Source of the DNA: Octopus bimaculoides
Lineage: Eukaryota
DNA: 34,745 nucleotides
Reading direction: 5' to 3'
NCBI RefSeq assembly: GCF_001194135.2
Contig: NC_068994.1
Location: forward strand, 50,856,632 to 50,891,376
The notes under the pieces are model-generated. The model was given only the letters and a program-made list of their open reading frames with translations, ran no database searches and was not told the DNA's origin. The position numbers were made by a program, and so were the translations under genes. Every line of letters starts with the position of its first letter. Position 1 is the first letter of the stretch. Shown here piece after piece: positions 20,650-32,445 of this stretch.

Positions 20650-20895
20650 AAGCTTGCTTCCCAGCCACATTGTTCAGGATTCTACCCCGCTGCGTGGCAC
20701 CTTGGGCATGTGTCCTCCACTATAGCCATATATACGACGGGCTTCTTTCAGTTTCCATCTACCAAATCCACTCACAAGGCTTTGATCGGCCCGAGGCTAT
20801 AGTAGAAGACACTTGCTCAAGGTGCCACGCAGTGAGACTGAACCCAAAACCATGTGGTTGGGATGCAAGCTTCTTACCACACAGCCACGCCTGCA
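20650..20895. mobile_element. Two family A SINE heads in inverted orientation (plus fragment 20650-20728, minus head 20735-20895)
   Basis: gctgcgtggcaccttgggcatgtgtcctccactatagcc (+) faces ggctatagtagaagacacttgctcaaggtgccacgcag (-). Confidence 0.8.
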
Positions 20896-21332
20896 CAAAT
20901 GTATGCAGCATTTACACTGCATTTGTTAAGTGCCTTTGCACTCTTTATACGGTTAAAGTGTACACTTTTGTTACATTATGTTTGATTAGCTCTAACGATT
21001 GAGCTAATTTTAATCCTTTCATTATCATATTTCTCTTGAAATACACTGCTTTTGTTTAAATTAATTTTGACAATAATGAAGAATTTAGTAAAATAACATC
21101 ATCGTTTATTAACCCTTTCAATACCAACCTGCCCAAGACCTCCACTGGTTCTGTGATGTAAAATTTCCTGTTTCAAAGTAATTGAAATTAAAACCTTCCT
21201 TTAGAATTTCATGTTAAATTATTTTCCAAAAACCAGCACTTAATAATGACGGAATTATTTTGCAAATTTCTTTGTAATTTTTCCAAATTAATTGAAACAA
21301 AGGCAGTGTGTTTTAACAGAAGTATTCCTTTA

Positions 21333-21530
21333 TTCCTCTACTTGTTTCAGTCATCTGACTGCGGCCATGCTGGAGCACCGCCTTTAGTCGAACAAAATCA
21401 ACCCCAGGACTTATCCTTTGTAAGCCCGGTACTTATTCTGTCAGTGTCTTTTGCCGAATTGCTAGGTTACTGGGACATGAACACACCAACATTGGTTGTG
21501 AAGCGATAGCAGGGGGGGGGGCAAACACAG

Positions 21531-21564
<34 letters not shown>

Positions 21565-21630
21565 GACGGGCTTCTTTCAGTTTCATCTACCAAATCCACT
21601 CACAAGGCTTTAATCGGCCCAAGGCTATAA
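21333..21630 (-). mobile_element. SINE family A, head-truncated
   Basis: cagtcatctgactgcggccatgctggagcaccgcctttagtcgaacaaaatc ... atgacgggcttctttcagtttcatctaccaaatccactcacaaggc. Confidence 0.9.
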
Positions 21631-21895
21631 GTGTGTGCATGTGTGTGTGTGCATGTGAGTGTGTGTGTGTATGTTTGTGTGTCTGTGTTTGTTCTCCTAC
21701 CCATCACTTGACAACCGATGCTGGTGTGTTTATGTCCTCCATAACATAGTGGTTTGGCTAAAGAAACTGATGGTATAAGTACTAGGCTTACAAAGAATAA
21801 GTCCTGGGGTGGTCGATTTGTTTGACTAAAGGCGGTGCTCCAGCATGGCCACAGTCAAATGACCAAAACAAGTAAAAGAATAAAAGAATATATAT
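21631..21895 (+). mobile_element. SINE family A 3' half, inverted relative to 21333-21630
   Basis: cacttgacaaccgatgctggtgtgttt ... gactaaaggcggtgctccagcatggccacagtcaaatgacc ... aaagaataaaagaat. Confidence 0.9.
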
Positions 21896-21980
21896 ATATT
21901 TAAATATGCTGCTTTTATTTATTTTTTTTTTTACATTTAACTCTGCTAGGTTGGGAGTGACATTGTGGTGNNNNNNNNNN

Positions 21981-22078
<98 letters not shown>

Positions 22079-22358
22079 CTCCACCCTCTTGAAGTAGTGG
22101 TTCTTTTCCTATCCTTGAACACTATTACTGTTGTTGCTGTTGTTGAGTGTCTTCAGATAAGTTGTTGTTGTTGTTGTTGTTGTCCTTCCATTGTGTCAGC
22201 CTTCTTTTGTGGTGTATTCAGTCCTTTCCTTTTTTTTCTTTTGTTTTTTCATTCTCCCCCCTACCCCCTCCAACCTCAGGCCTTGCTCTTTGCTTGCTTG
22301 TGTGTCTGTGTATATAGGTGGCCTGAGGCAAGTTGGTCTAACATAGAGNNNNNNNNNN

Positions 22359-22403
<45 letters not shown>

Positions 22404-22785
22404 ACAGGCAGAGGGAAAGAGGGAGTGAAAGGGAGAAATTAGGGGAGGTGCAAGATGACAGACAAGGAGAAAGAGAGAGAGAGAAAAGGCTTGATGTATG
22501 GGATAGAGAATAGAGAGAAAAGAATGTATCTCTCCCCCTTCCCACCACCTTAGTAGCTATGAGGAAACTGCAAGTTCTGAATTGTTAAAAAAAAAGCTGT
22601 ACACCTGTGTATCTGTCTACACACACACACACACACACACACATTTGTGTGTGTGTGTGGTTGTGTGTTTCTAACAATGGTGATTGACTTTGTTTTGCTA
22701 AGAGTAGGTTCTTGCTCAATGCAATTCCCTTAGGCAGTATGTGCTGAGTACTCTTTTCCACCTCTGTTAAATCAATACATAATAC

Positions 22786-23040
22786 CATCATCATCATCAT
22801 CATCATCATTCAACATCCGTCTTCCATGCTGGCATGGGTTGGATATATATATATATATATATAGATAGATAGATAGATAGATAGATATATGTATAAGTAC
22901 CATCATCATTGTTTAATGTCCACTTTCCATGCTAGCATGGGTTGGACGATTTGACTGAGGACTGGTGGACCAGGAGGCGACACCAGGCTCCAATCTGATT
23001 TGGCAGAGTTTCCACTTCTGGATGCCCTTCCTAATGCCAT
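22786..23040 (-). mobile_element. Two family B SINE 3' ends (22786-22843 and 22901-23040) separated by (TA)/(GATA)n
   Basis: Both begin catcatcat...ttccatgc(t/a)(g/a)gcatgggttgga; the second continues to ggatgcccttcctaatgcc. Confidence 0.8.
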
Positions 23041-23044
23041 CTTT

Positions 23045-23430
23045 TATATGTTTCAGTCATTTGACTGCGGCCATGCTAGAGCACTGCCTTTAGTCAAAAC
23101 CAGGACTTATTCTTTGTAAGCCTAGTACTTATCCTATCGGGCTCTTTTGCTGAACCGCTAAGTTATGGGGATGTAAACACACCAACATCGGTTGTCAAGC
23201 GATGGTTGGGAGGGACAAACACAGACACACAAACATATACACACACACACACCACAAACCTGCATATATATATATATATATATATATGACGGGCTTCTTT
23301 CAGTTTCTTTCTACCAAATATATGTTATTTTTTTTTTACTTGTTTCAGTCATTTTGACTGTGGCCATACTGGAGCACCATCTTTTTGCCAAAGAAATTAA
23401 CCCCTGGACTTATTCTTTGTAAGCCTAGTT
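23045..23430 (-). mobile_element. Family A SINE (head-truncated) followed by a second 3' tail fragment
   Basis: tttcagtcatttgactgcggccatgctagagc ... gacgggcttctttcagtttc, then cttgtttcagtcattttgactgtggccatactggagc ... ggacttattctttgtaagcctag. Confidence 0.85.
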
Positions 23431-24762
23431 CTAAAATCTTCACAGCCTTGGTTTTTTATCTCATTCTGAAATAAATTTTATATGTGTGCATGTGTGTCTG
23501 TGTGTGTGTGTGTGATTGTGTGCATGCCTTTGTTTTTGGCAACCAGTGTTGGTTAGTTTCTGTTCTCATAATTTAATGGTTCAGCAAAAGAGACCAGTAG
23601 AATAAGTACCAGGCTTTAAAAAGTAACTTAGTACTGGGGTCAATTCATTGGGAGGCTATGATCCCTCTTTTTCTTTTACACGGCTGCAATCCAGTGACTC
23701 AAACAAGTAAAAGATGCACACACACACACACACACACACACNNNNNNNNNNNNNNNNNNNNNNNNNNNNNNNNNNNNNNNNNNNNNNNNNNNNNNNNNNN
23801 NNNNNNNNNNNNNNNNNNNNNNNNNNNNNNNNNNNNNNNNNNNNNNNNNNNNNNNNNNNNNNNNNNNNNNNNNNNNNNNNNNNNNNNNNNNNNNNNNNNN
23901 NNNNNNNNNNNNNNNNNNNNNNNNNNNNNNNNNNNNNNNNNNNNNNNNNNNNNNNNNNNNNNNNNNNNNNNNNNNNNNNNNNNNNNNNNNNNNNNNNNNN
24001 NNNNNNNNNNNNNNNNNNNNNNNNNNNNNNNNNNNNNNNNNNNNNNNNNNNNNNNNNNNNNNNNNNNNNNNNNNNNNNNNATTTGCTTGCAAATAATTCA
24101 TTCAGTCTTGACCACTAACAACAAAACACACACACACACACACACACACGTTCATTCATTCATTCTTTCATTCAATTATTTATTCTCTCTCTCCTTCTCT
24201 CTCTCTCTCCTTCTCTCTCTCTCTCCTTCTCTCTCTCTCTCTCTCCTCTTTCTCTCTCTCCTTCTCTCTCTTTGAGTCTTTTACCTCACCTTTCTCTGCT
24301 TCATAATGTTAAACACACACACACACATGCACGCACGCACACATGTACCTACTCCCTTACACATAGCTTCCGCATCTGACTTGGCCGCCTGTTCTCTTTA
24401 CATTGACATCATTAACACAATAGCTCTAACATCTTCTTCAGCAACAGCAGCAAAATCTTTATTCCCCATCCCCTACCCCACCCCAGTCATCGGCATCGTT
24501 GTTGTTGTTGTTGTCGTTTCTGTCCTTGTCAACCCCACTATCTTCATTGTCAAACCACCATCACTACCACCACCACCACATCATCCTCACCCTCATCACT
24601 AATCCACCACCATCGTTAACATCATCATTACCCCCATCATCAATTAATGATAACATCTCTTAGTTTGTCTTCATAGTCATTGCAATAATAACATTCGTTT
24701 CTTTCCTTGCCACAAGGGCACCAGAAGGGAGTGAATATCATCAAGGATTGGCTGCAAAAACT

Positions 24763-24928
24763 CATCATCATTTAACATCTGCCTTCCATGCTGGCATGGG
24801 TTTGATGGCCCAACAGAACCTGGCAAGCTTGAGGGCTGCACTAGGCTCCAGTTGTCTGTGTTTTGGCAAGGTTTCTACAGCTGGATGCCCTTCTTAATGC
24901 CACTTTACACTTTACAGAGTGTACTGGG
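24763..24928 (-). mobile_element. SINE family B-related 3' part
   Basis: catcatcatttaacatctgccttccatgctggcatggg ... ggtttctacagctggatgcccttcttaatgcc. Confidence 0.8.
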
Positions 24929-24929
24929 T

Positions 24930-25191
24930 TGTGCAGGTGGGACGTAAAATTCACCATTTTGAGCGTGGCTGTTGCCAGTACCACCTGACTGGCCTTCATG
25001 CCGGTGGCATGTAAAATGCACCCACTACACTTTCTGAGTGGTTGGCGTTAGGAAGGGCATCCAGCTGTAGAAACTCTGCCAAATCAGATTGGAGCCTGGT
25101 GTAGCCATCTGGTTTCGCCAATCCTCAGTCAAATCGTCCAACCCATGCCAGCATGGAAAGCGGACGTTAAACGATGATGATGATGATGATG
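24930..25191 (+). mobile_element. SINE family B, well preserved, inverted relative to 24763-24928
   Basis: gcacccactacactttctgagtggttggcgttaggaagggcatccagctgtagaaactctgcc ... gcggacgttaaacgatgatgatg. Confidence 0.9.
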
Positions 25192-25544
25192 GTGTCAGTA
25201 TGTGTGCTGCCTACGTGGCACTGGCACAGGTGCTTTTTATTTGACACCAGCACAATTCTGCTATGATCTTGCTCCTACATACGAAACATCTACCTGTTCT
25301 GATCATTATTCTTTTGGCACATTTTTCAACAATTTTAACAACACTGTATAAAGGTGAAGAGAAGTAGGCCTATGCTTTCTAATCGATGATTGTATGAAGC
25401 TCTTTTTAGAGCTTATTCACTTCTCGGTGCAAAGATAAAAATAAAATAGCTAACAACTCTCAGGGTAGAAGAGTTGGCAACTGTATAACAAAAGTGTCCT
25501 CTCCTATGACTGTGGCAGACTGTATACCATCTCAAGAAAGCCAT

Positions 25545-25701
25545 ATTTTAGGGCCAGCCAAAGCTTTGTGGATCAATTTGGTTGGCAGAAACTGAAAAGA
25601 AGCTCATTGTATGTATATGTATCTATGTATGTATGTATGAATGTATGTATCTATCTCTCTATCTGTGTGTCTGTCTATCTATCTATCTATCTATCTATCT
25701 G

Positions 25702-25762
<61 letters not shown>

Positions 25763-25778
25763 TTATCTATCTATCTAA

Positions 25779-25828
<50 letters not shown>

Positions 25829-25829
25829 G

Positions 25830-25878
<49 letters not shown>

Positions 25879-26115
25879 TTATCTATCTGTCTGTCTGTCT
25901 GTCTATCTGTGTGTATTGTGTTTGTCCCCCACCAACTCTTAACAACTGGCGTTGGTTTCTTTACATTCCTGTAAGTTAGTGGTTCAGCAAAAGAGATTGA
26001 TAAAATAAGTACCAGACTTATAAACAAGCCCCGGGGCTGACTTGTTTGACTAAAAACCCTTCAAGATGATACCCCAGCATGGCCAAAGTCCAATGACTGA
26101 AACACATGAAAGAAA
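25545..26115 (+). mobile_element. Family A SINE whose internal microsatellite is an expanded (ATCT)n/(GTCT)n array
   Basis: Head remnant ccaaagctttgtggatcaatttggttggcagaaactgaaaagaagc, about 300 bp of ATCT repeats, then the family A 3' body tgtttgtccccacc ... ccagcatggccaaagtccaatgactgaaac. Confidence 0.8.
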
Positions 26116-26889
26116 AAAGAGAAAGCTAGGAGTGGGATGAGGGGGTTGTTTTTCGATTTCTTTCATACAAAGTGCAGCGGTAATTTTTTCGTTTGATCTC
26201 CACTGCATCACAGAATCAAAAAGACCAAAAGCCACAGGTGCTCTAACGATGTTTGAATGGCAGAAGGGAATAAGGAACAGTAGTGTGTGTGTGTGTNNNN
26301 NNNNNNNNNNNNNNNNNNNNNNNNNNNNNNNNNNNNNNNNNNNNGGGGGGGGGGGGTCATGATGGTGATAGTTACAGAGTTGTGATGTGGTTGTTATAGT
26401 TGCATCAGTGGTAGTGCCTGTTGTAGTTGTGGTACTTGTGTTAGTCGTGGTGGTAGTGGTGGTGTTTATTATGTCACAGTATGATTGTGATAGCTGTGAT
26501 GGTGATGGGGATAATGATAATACTAGTCATGCTGTTGTGTTGTTGCTGTTTAACACCAGGCTAGACCTGATTAGTCAAACCTCTCTGCCAAACAAATTCC
26601 AGCCATGACCATCCCATCTTTTTTTTTCTTTCCAGATATAATTGTATACCCATGATAACATTATCTAATATGTCTTTCATATTTCTATTTAACACAATGG
26701 GTATGACTTAAAAGAGATTTAGCTGCTGTTTTTAGCAAGTCAGGCAACTATATAGTGACTCTCGCTGGCAGCTGGATACAATTGATATTGGTGCTCTTTA
26801 TTGTGGTGAATCCTTAGATCAGTGGTTCCCAAATTTTTCATTACCAAGTGGAGTTTGGATAAGCATGGAAAGCAGATGTTAAACAATGA

Positions 26890-26937
<48 letters not shown>

Positions 26938-26942
26938 TCACA

Positions 26943-27221
26943 CTTTATTTGTGTATTAAGGTTACCATTGGTTTCATGTTAAGAAAATATCTGAACAATT
27001 TTCCAGCCAATTACATGGAGGAATGGTGTTCGTCTCCATTTTGAATTAAACACCAAAATGGAGATGAACACCATTATTCCTCCATGTAAATTAGCTTGAA
27101 AAACTATTAAGATATGGAGACGAAAACCACTCCTCCATGTGATCAGCTTGAAAAATTGTTGAGATATTAAGATGTTTTTTCTTCACATGAAACCAACGGT
27201 AGCCTTAATACACAAATAAAG
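26943..27221. mobile_element. 279-bp MITE-like element with about 45-bp TIRs, an internal palindrome and an internal tandem duplication
   Basis: ctttatttgtgtattaaggttaccattggtttcatgttaagaaaa versus ttttttcttcacatgaaaccaacggtagccttaatacacaaataaag. Inner arms 27011-27043 / 27054-27089; direct repeat about 27058-27115 / 27114-27173. Confidence 0.85.
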
Positions 27222-27280
27222 AAATTTTATCCACCAATGTGGTGTTGAGCACTCTTTCTCATTCTTTGAGACATTTATTG

Positions 27281-27313
<33 letters not shown>

Positions 27314-28353
27314 ATCCACATAAGAATACAAGCACATATACACACAATATCCCTGGTATTAAATTATTGTCTCCTCACCCTCATCGCCCCATCCAAGGAG
27401 ATTTGTGCTTTGGCAGCTTGTGTTAGTTTGGATGTCTGTAACACAACCCTTTGGCTTCCTCCTCCTTTTTCTCCTCTCCTCTTCTCTTCTTTGTTCTCTC
27501 TCTTTTTCTCTCTTCTTCTCTCATACTTCCAATTTTCACTCTTGTATAGCTTCCTTGCTTTGTCTTCTTTTTTTCTTCTCTTGTTAACATGATCTCTCTT
27601 TCTCCTTCCCTTCATCTCTCTCTCTTTCTCCCTCATATGTATGTGTGTGTGTGTGTGTGAAAGCAAGAGAGAGAGAGAAAAATTAATCCCTTTTAGTCTT
27701 TCTCTCTCACTATCTCTGGTTTCTATAATGTGTGTGTGTGTGTCCATTCATCCCCATCTCTCTCCCTCATTATTCATACTTCTCACCTATCTATCTATGC
27801 ATCTATCTATCCATCTATCTATCTATCTATATATCTATCTATCTATCTATCCATCTATCTATCTAGCACTTATTATGACCCTTCCACTGAAATCTCTTAC
27901 TCTCACCCTTTCTCTGCTTCCACCCCCACCCCATACCTCCAAGAGAGAGAGAGAAAAATTAATCCCTTNNNNNNNNNNNNNNNNNNNNNNNNNNNNNNNN
28001 NNNNNNNNNNNNNNNNNNNNNNNNNNNNNNNNNNNNNNNNNNNNNNNNNNNNNNNNNNNNNNNNNNNNNNNNNNNNNNNNNNNNNNNNNNNNNNNNNNNN
28101 NNNNNNNNNNNNNNNNNNNNNNNNNNNNNNNNNNNNNNNNNNNNNNNNNNNNNNNNNNNNNNNNNNNNNNNNNNNNNNNNNNNNNNNNNNNNNNNNNNNN
28201 NNNNNNNNNNNNNNNNNNNNNNNNNNNNNNNNNNNNNNNNNNNNNNNNNNNNNNNNNNNNNNNNNNNNNNNNNNNNNNNNNNNNNNNNNNNNNNNNNNNN
28301 NNNNNNNNNNNNNNNNNNNNNNNNNNNNNNNNNNNNNNNNNNNNNNNNNNNNN

Positions 28354-28395
<42 letters not shown>

Positions 28396-28425
28396 TCTGC
28401 AACTACTCCCACTAGCTAGTGTTTC

Positions 28426-28472
<47 letters not shown>

Positions 28473-28559
28473 CTCTCCATCTTTTATTTCCCTCTCTGTA
28501 ATTCTCCTTTCTTGCATCCCCACCCCAACTATCTGCCTTTCCTTTCTATCCCCACCCTC

Positions 28560-30130
28560 ACACCTATTTCTTTGGCCCCCCCCACTTGATTCTCCTCCAA
28601 CCTACCCCTACCAGCCTCCTGTGTTGGTACCCCACCTCCTCTAACTACCACCATACCTATCCCCCAGGAACTCCACTACCATCTCCCTCCCTTATGTATA
28701 CACACACACACACACACACATATATATATGATCCCTCCCACCACAATGCCAGTGGTACTACCACCATGACCATCACCTCCACTGTAACCATACTAATAAA
28801 ACAACCATCACTACTACAGCTGTTACCTCTACCACACACCTTTACTGTCCCTCTTCCACCCACACATACACTCTCCTATTCTGTGCTACTACCACTACAG
28901 TGCCACTGCTTCGTTATTCATCACTACCACTCCAACACCACTCCAGTGTTCTCTCTGCTGCCGCCACCATTCCCATCTCCCACAACCTTTCTACTATTTC
29001 ACCCCCATCACTACTTACTATCGCCACTACTGCCATCTCTACCATCACCACTACTAATACTACTTCCACTACTACAGTCACCATCATCACCACCACTACC
29101 ACTACCACCACTACTATTACCACTACTATAATATCTACTTCTGGTCCCCCAGCAATCCACCACCAAGAACCAAAGGTAGGGGACTTGACCTGCTAGAAAT
29201 AACAGCAGTCATATTTTTTACCCTCATCACTCTGCAAACATTTCATTCATTCATGAAATGTAAAAGGAAGGAAGAACAAACAATCTAATCCTTGAAATTC
29301 AAAACAGATGGGTTGGCCATGGCCAGAAAGCTTTTCATTATATATAGACAGATAGATAAATAGATAGATAGAAAGATAGGTTTCTTAAATAACAACAATC
29401 ATCACCACCATCATAACGAGTACCACCAACACCACCACCACTGCTGCCACTACCACCTCCACTACCAGCAGTACTATTATCACCACCACCACCACCACCA
29501 CCACCACCACCGCTGCTGCTGCTACTGCCGCCACCGCCTGCACCCTTACAACAGTCACTTTATTCCAATTCTGTCTTTTCACTTCCAGAGAATAATCTCC
29601 ATATTAAAACTATTGATTTCTATTAAACCCATTTTTCTTTTACTAATGCTTGACTGTTTCCATTGTTGAAACACACACACACACACAGAATCTTCTTCTC
29701 TTTCTTGACCTCCTTCCTATATACCAAGCTTCCATCACCCATTCACCACCATCACCGCTGCGGCTATGGGCACTGCTGTCTCTGCCTCTTCCCCCCACCC
29801 CACCAAACCTCGCCTCCCTACTTCCTATTCATCACCACCACCACTACTACCACTACTACTCTTACTATCATTTACCTCCCACCACTACTAAAATCACTAC
29901 TACAACTTCTTACTAACATCCCTACCTACCTACATACCAACTTACCTCCCCTTACTGCTTATTGCAACCACCACCACCACCACTATCTCCCTCTTTTACC
30001 ACTGATCTTTAGTAATATATCTATTATCTGTATCTTTCTCAGACTGCCTACTATAAAAACACTATCTCTCACTACTACCACCACCACCACCACCACCACT
30101 TCTTCTTACAGTGCCACTAATTCCACTCTC
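28560..30130. repeat. C/A-rich low-complexity field ((ACC)n,(ACT)n,(CAT)n), with similar tracts at 24480-24650 and 32830-33070
   Basis: Directly visible trinucleotide mosaics; they explain the Thr/Pro/His-rich ORFs. Confidence 0.85.
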
Positions 30131-30546
30131 AGCTATACAAACAGCAACTAAGCCAAAAAGGGGAAATCTCTAAGTCATGGTTTGACCTGCTGCTATGCAA
30201 AATAGCAGTGAAAAAAAAAAAAATCACCCCCTCATCACATCCCCTGCAGTCTTCTACAAAAGTGCTACAAAAGAACACTTTGGATACTATTATTATTACT
30301 ATTATACATCATTATGTATCTGAGCAGCATAACCAAAGAAGGCTGAATGCTCATGGATCAGAATATGCCTATAATCAATCGAAGAGGTCCTGTTGGATCA
30401 GAGATGGCCTGAGGTGCTGCCCCTCCCACCACCGCCATTACAAATAACAACATTTATTTAACCCTTTCAGCTTTCGGATTATTCTGTCCGATTCGCAGCT
30501 TATTTATTCACATGGTTTCAAATTAATCAGGCATCATTTATTATCT

Positions 30547-30581
<35 letters not shown>

Positions 30582-30605
30582 CTTTGAGGTGTTAATGATG
30601 TGATT

Positions 30606-31021
30606 CTTTTACTTGTTTCCGTCATTTGAGTGCGGTCATGCTGGGGCACCCACCTTGAAGAATTTTTAGTCGAATGAGCCGACCTCCCCACCCCCCCCCG
30701 TGCCTGGTATTTATTCTGTTGGTGTCTTAGGCTGAACCACTAAGTTACAGGGACGCAAACACACCAACACCAGTTGTCAAGTGGTGGTGGAGGGGACAAA
30801 CACAAGACACATGCACGTAGATATATACACACACATACACATATATGTATGTATATATATATATATATATACATTAAACTTCTTTCAGTTTCCATCTACC
30901 AAATCCACTCACAAAGCCTTGGTCAGCCCAAGATTATAGTAGAAGATTCTTGCCCAAGGTGCTGATGCCATGCAGTGGGACTGAACTTAGAATTATGTGG
31001 CTAGGAAGCAAGCATCTTACC
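30606..31021 (-). mobile_element. SINE family A, near full length, diverged
   Basis: gtcatttgagtgcggtcatgctggggcacc ... cttctttcagtttccatctaccaaatccactcacaaagcc ... gcagtgggactgaac ... ggaagcaagcatcttacc. Confidence 0.85.
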
Positions 31022-31109
31022 GCTAACATTGTAAGGTGGGTGTGAGAGGCCAAATCTGACTGGTTTGAAGTTAGAATGGGTCGAATATTTTGGGCAAAAT
31101 ATGGCCAGT

Positions 31110-31326
31110 TTAACCCTTTAGCATTCAGATTATTCTGTTAGATGTAACACTTTATTTCTTCACATTGTTTGGAATTAATCCTGCATTATCTCATAGCTTT
31201 GGGATTTCAATGATGTGATTGATTATGTTTTGAATGACATTGTTGGGTAGGTGTGAGAGGCCGGGTCTGGTCAGTTTGAACATAAAACAGATCGAAAATT
31301 CAGGGCTGGGTATCACCTTTAAGGGC
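31110..31326 (+). mobile_element. piggyBac-like MITE (TTAA-CCCTTTAGCATTCAG...), decayed right end; preceded by a partial second copy at about 31025-31109
   Basis: Same start as 11854. The segment ggtgtgagaggcc...tctg..cagtttgaa occurs both at about 31037 and about 31250; the right end is only a remnant (taaggg). Confidence 0.55.
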
Positions 31327-32030
31327 TTTTAGTTAAACGAATTGACCCCAGTACTTATGTTTAAGTATTCTATTTGATAGATTAATCTGAATATTAATAA
31401 GCAAGTCGTTATGGAACAGCATCCAAATTAAGATGCTGTGTGTGAATCACCTTAAAAACAAAGGACATGTTGGGACGTTGCCCTGGAGAGAGATATAAAA
31501 AAAAAAAAACATGGAGTGGTCACTGCTGGAAACACTGTTATCATAGGTCTACGAAGACGAAGCTGACCGAGGGTTAAACAACAACAGCAAAGCACCAAGA
31601 TGTTTGCAGTGGCAGGAAGATAATTCAAGTCTTGAAATTAGAAGGTATGTCAGAAGGGACAGGGTAAAAAGTATGATCAACAACAAGAACAAGAACAAGA
31701 AAGATGATGACGATGATGATGATGATGGTGATGACGACTACACAGACAGATACTCCTTGACAATGACACAGATGACAAGAACAGATTGTGACAGTTAAGA
31801 CTGTGATGAGAGGTGTGTGTGCAAGGGGGGGAATTGCAGTGCTCCCCCCCTCTCCCGGTAGATTTTTGTGTGGGTGTGACTGTTCATGTGGCAATATGGT
31901 TTGTACGTTTGTGTTTGTTTATGTGTGTATATGTGCATGTTCACGTGTCCCTGTTCATGTGGGAATACATTCATGTATATGTGTGTGTGTGCATGTGGTA
32001 ATAAGACTTTCTGTAAAATAAATAGCAGCT

Positions 32031-32069
<39 letters not shown>

Positions 32070-32402
32070 GTCTGTATTCATGTAGTAATGTGTGTGTTTA
32101 TGTGTGCGTTTGTATATGTCTGTATTCATGTTGTAATGTATGCGCGTGTCCACCTGTGTAGTTACATATGTGGTTGTAGGTGTGAAGATGTATGTGTAAG
32201 AGAGAAAAAAAACACACATGATGTAATGTGTGTGTGTGTGGTTCTGTGCGTGTTCATGTGAATAACAGACAGTATGTGTTTGACTGCAAAGACCATGTGT
32301 ATATATATATTGCATGAATATGACAGCGTACTTGTTTGACAGCAAAAGCATGCACATGTGCACGTAATGATTTAGACATGTGTTTGACAGAACACACACT
32401 CG

Positions 32403-32445
<43 letters not shown>

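Noticed and set aside
26819-26835. cagtggttcccaaa, a hAT/Charlie-type TIR start
   Set aside because: Single short match with no partner TIR or TSD.
27664-27968. 29-bp exact direct repeat caagagagagagagaaaaattaatccctt at 27664-27692 and 27940-27968
   Set aside because: The second copy ends precisely at an N gap; most likely a contig-end or assembly artefact.
30208-30447. 79-aa ORF ...SEQHNQRRLNAHGSEY...
   Set aside because: The DNA aligns by eye to the degenerate family E repeat (gatcagagatggcctgagg resembles gatcagggctgacctgggg).
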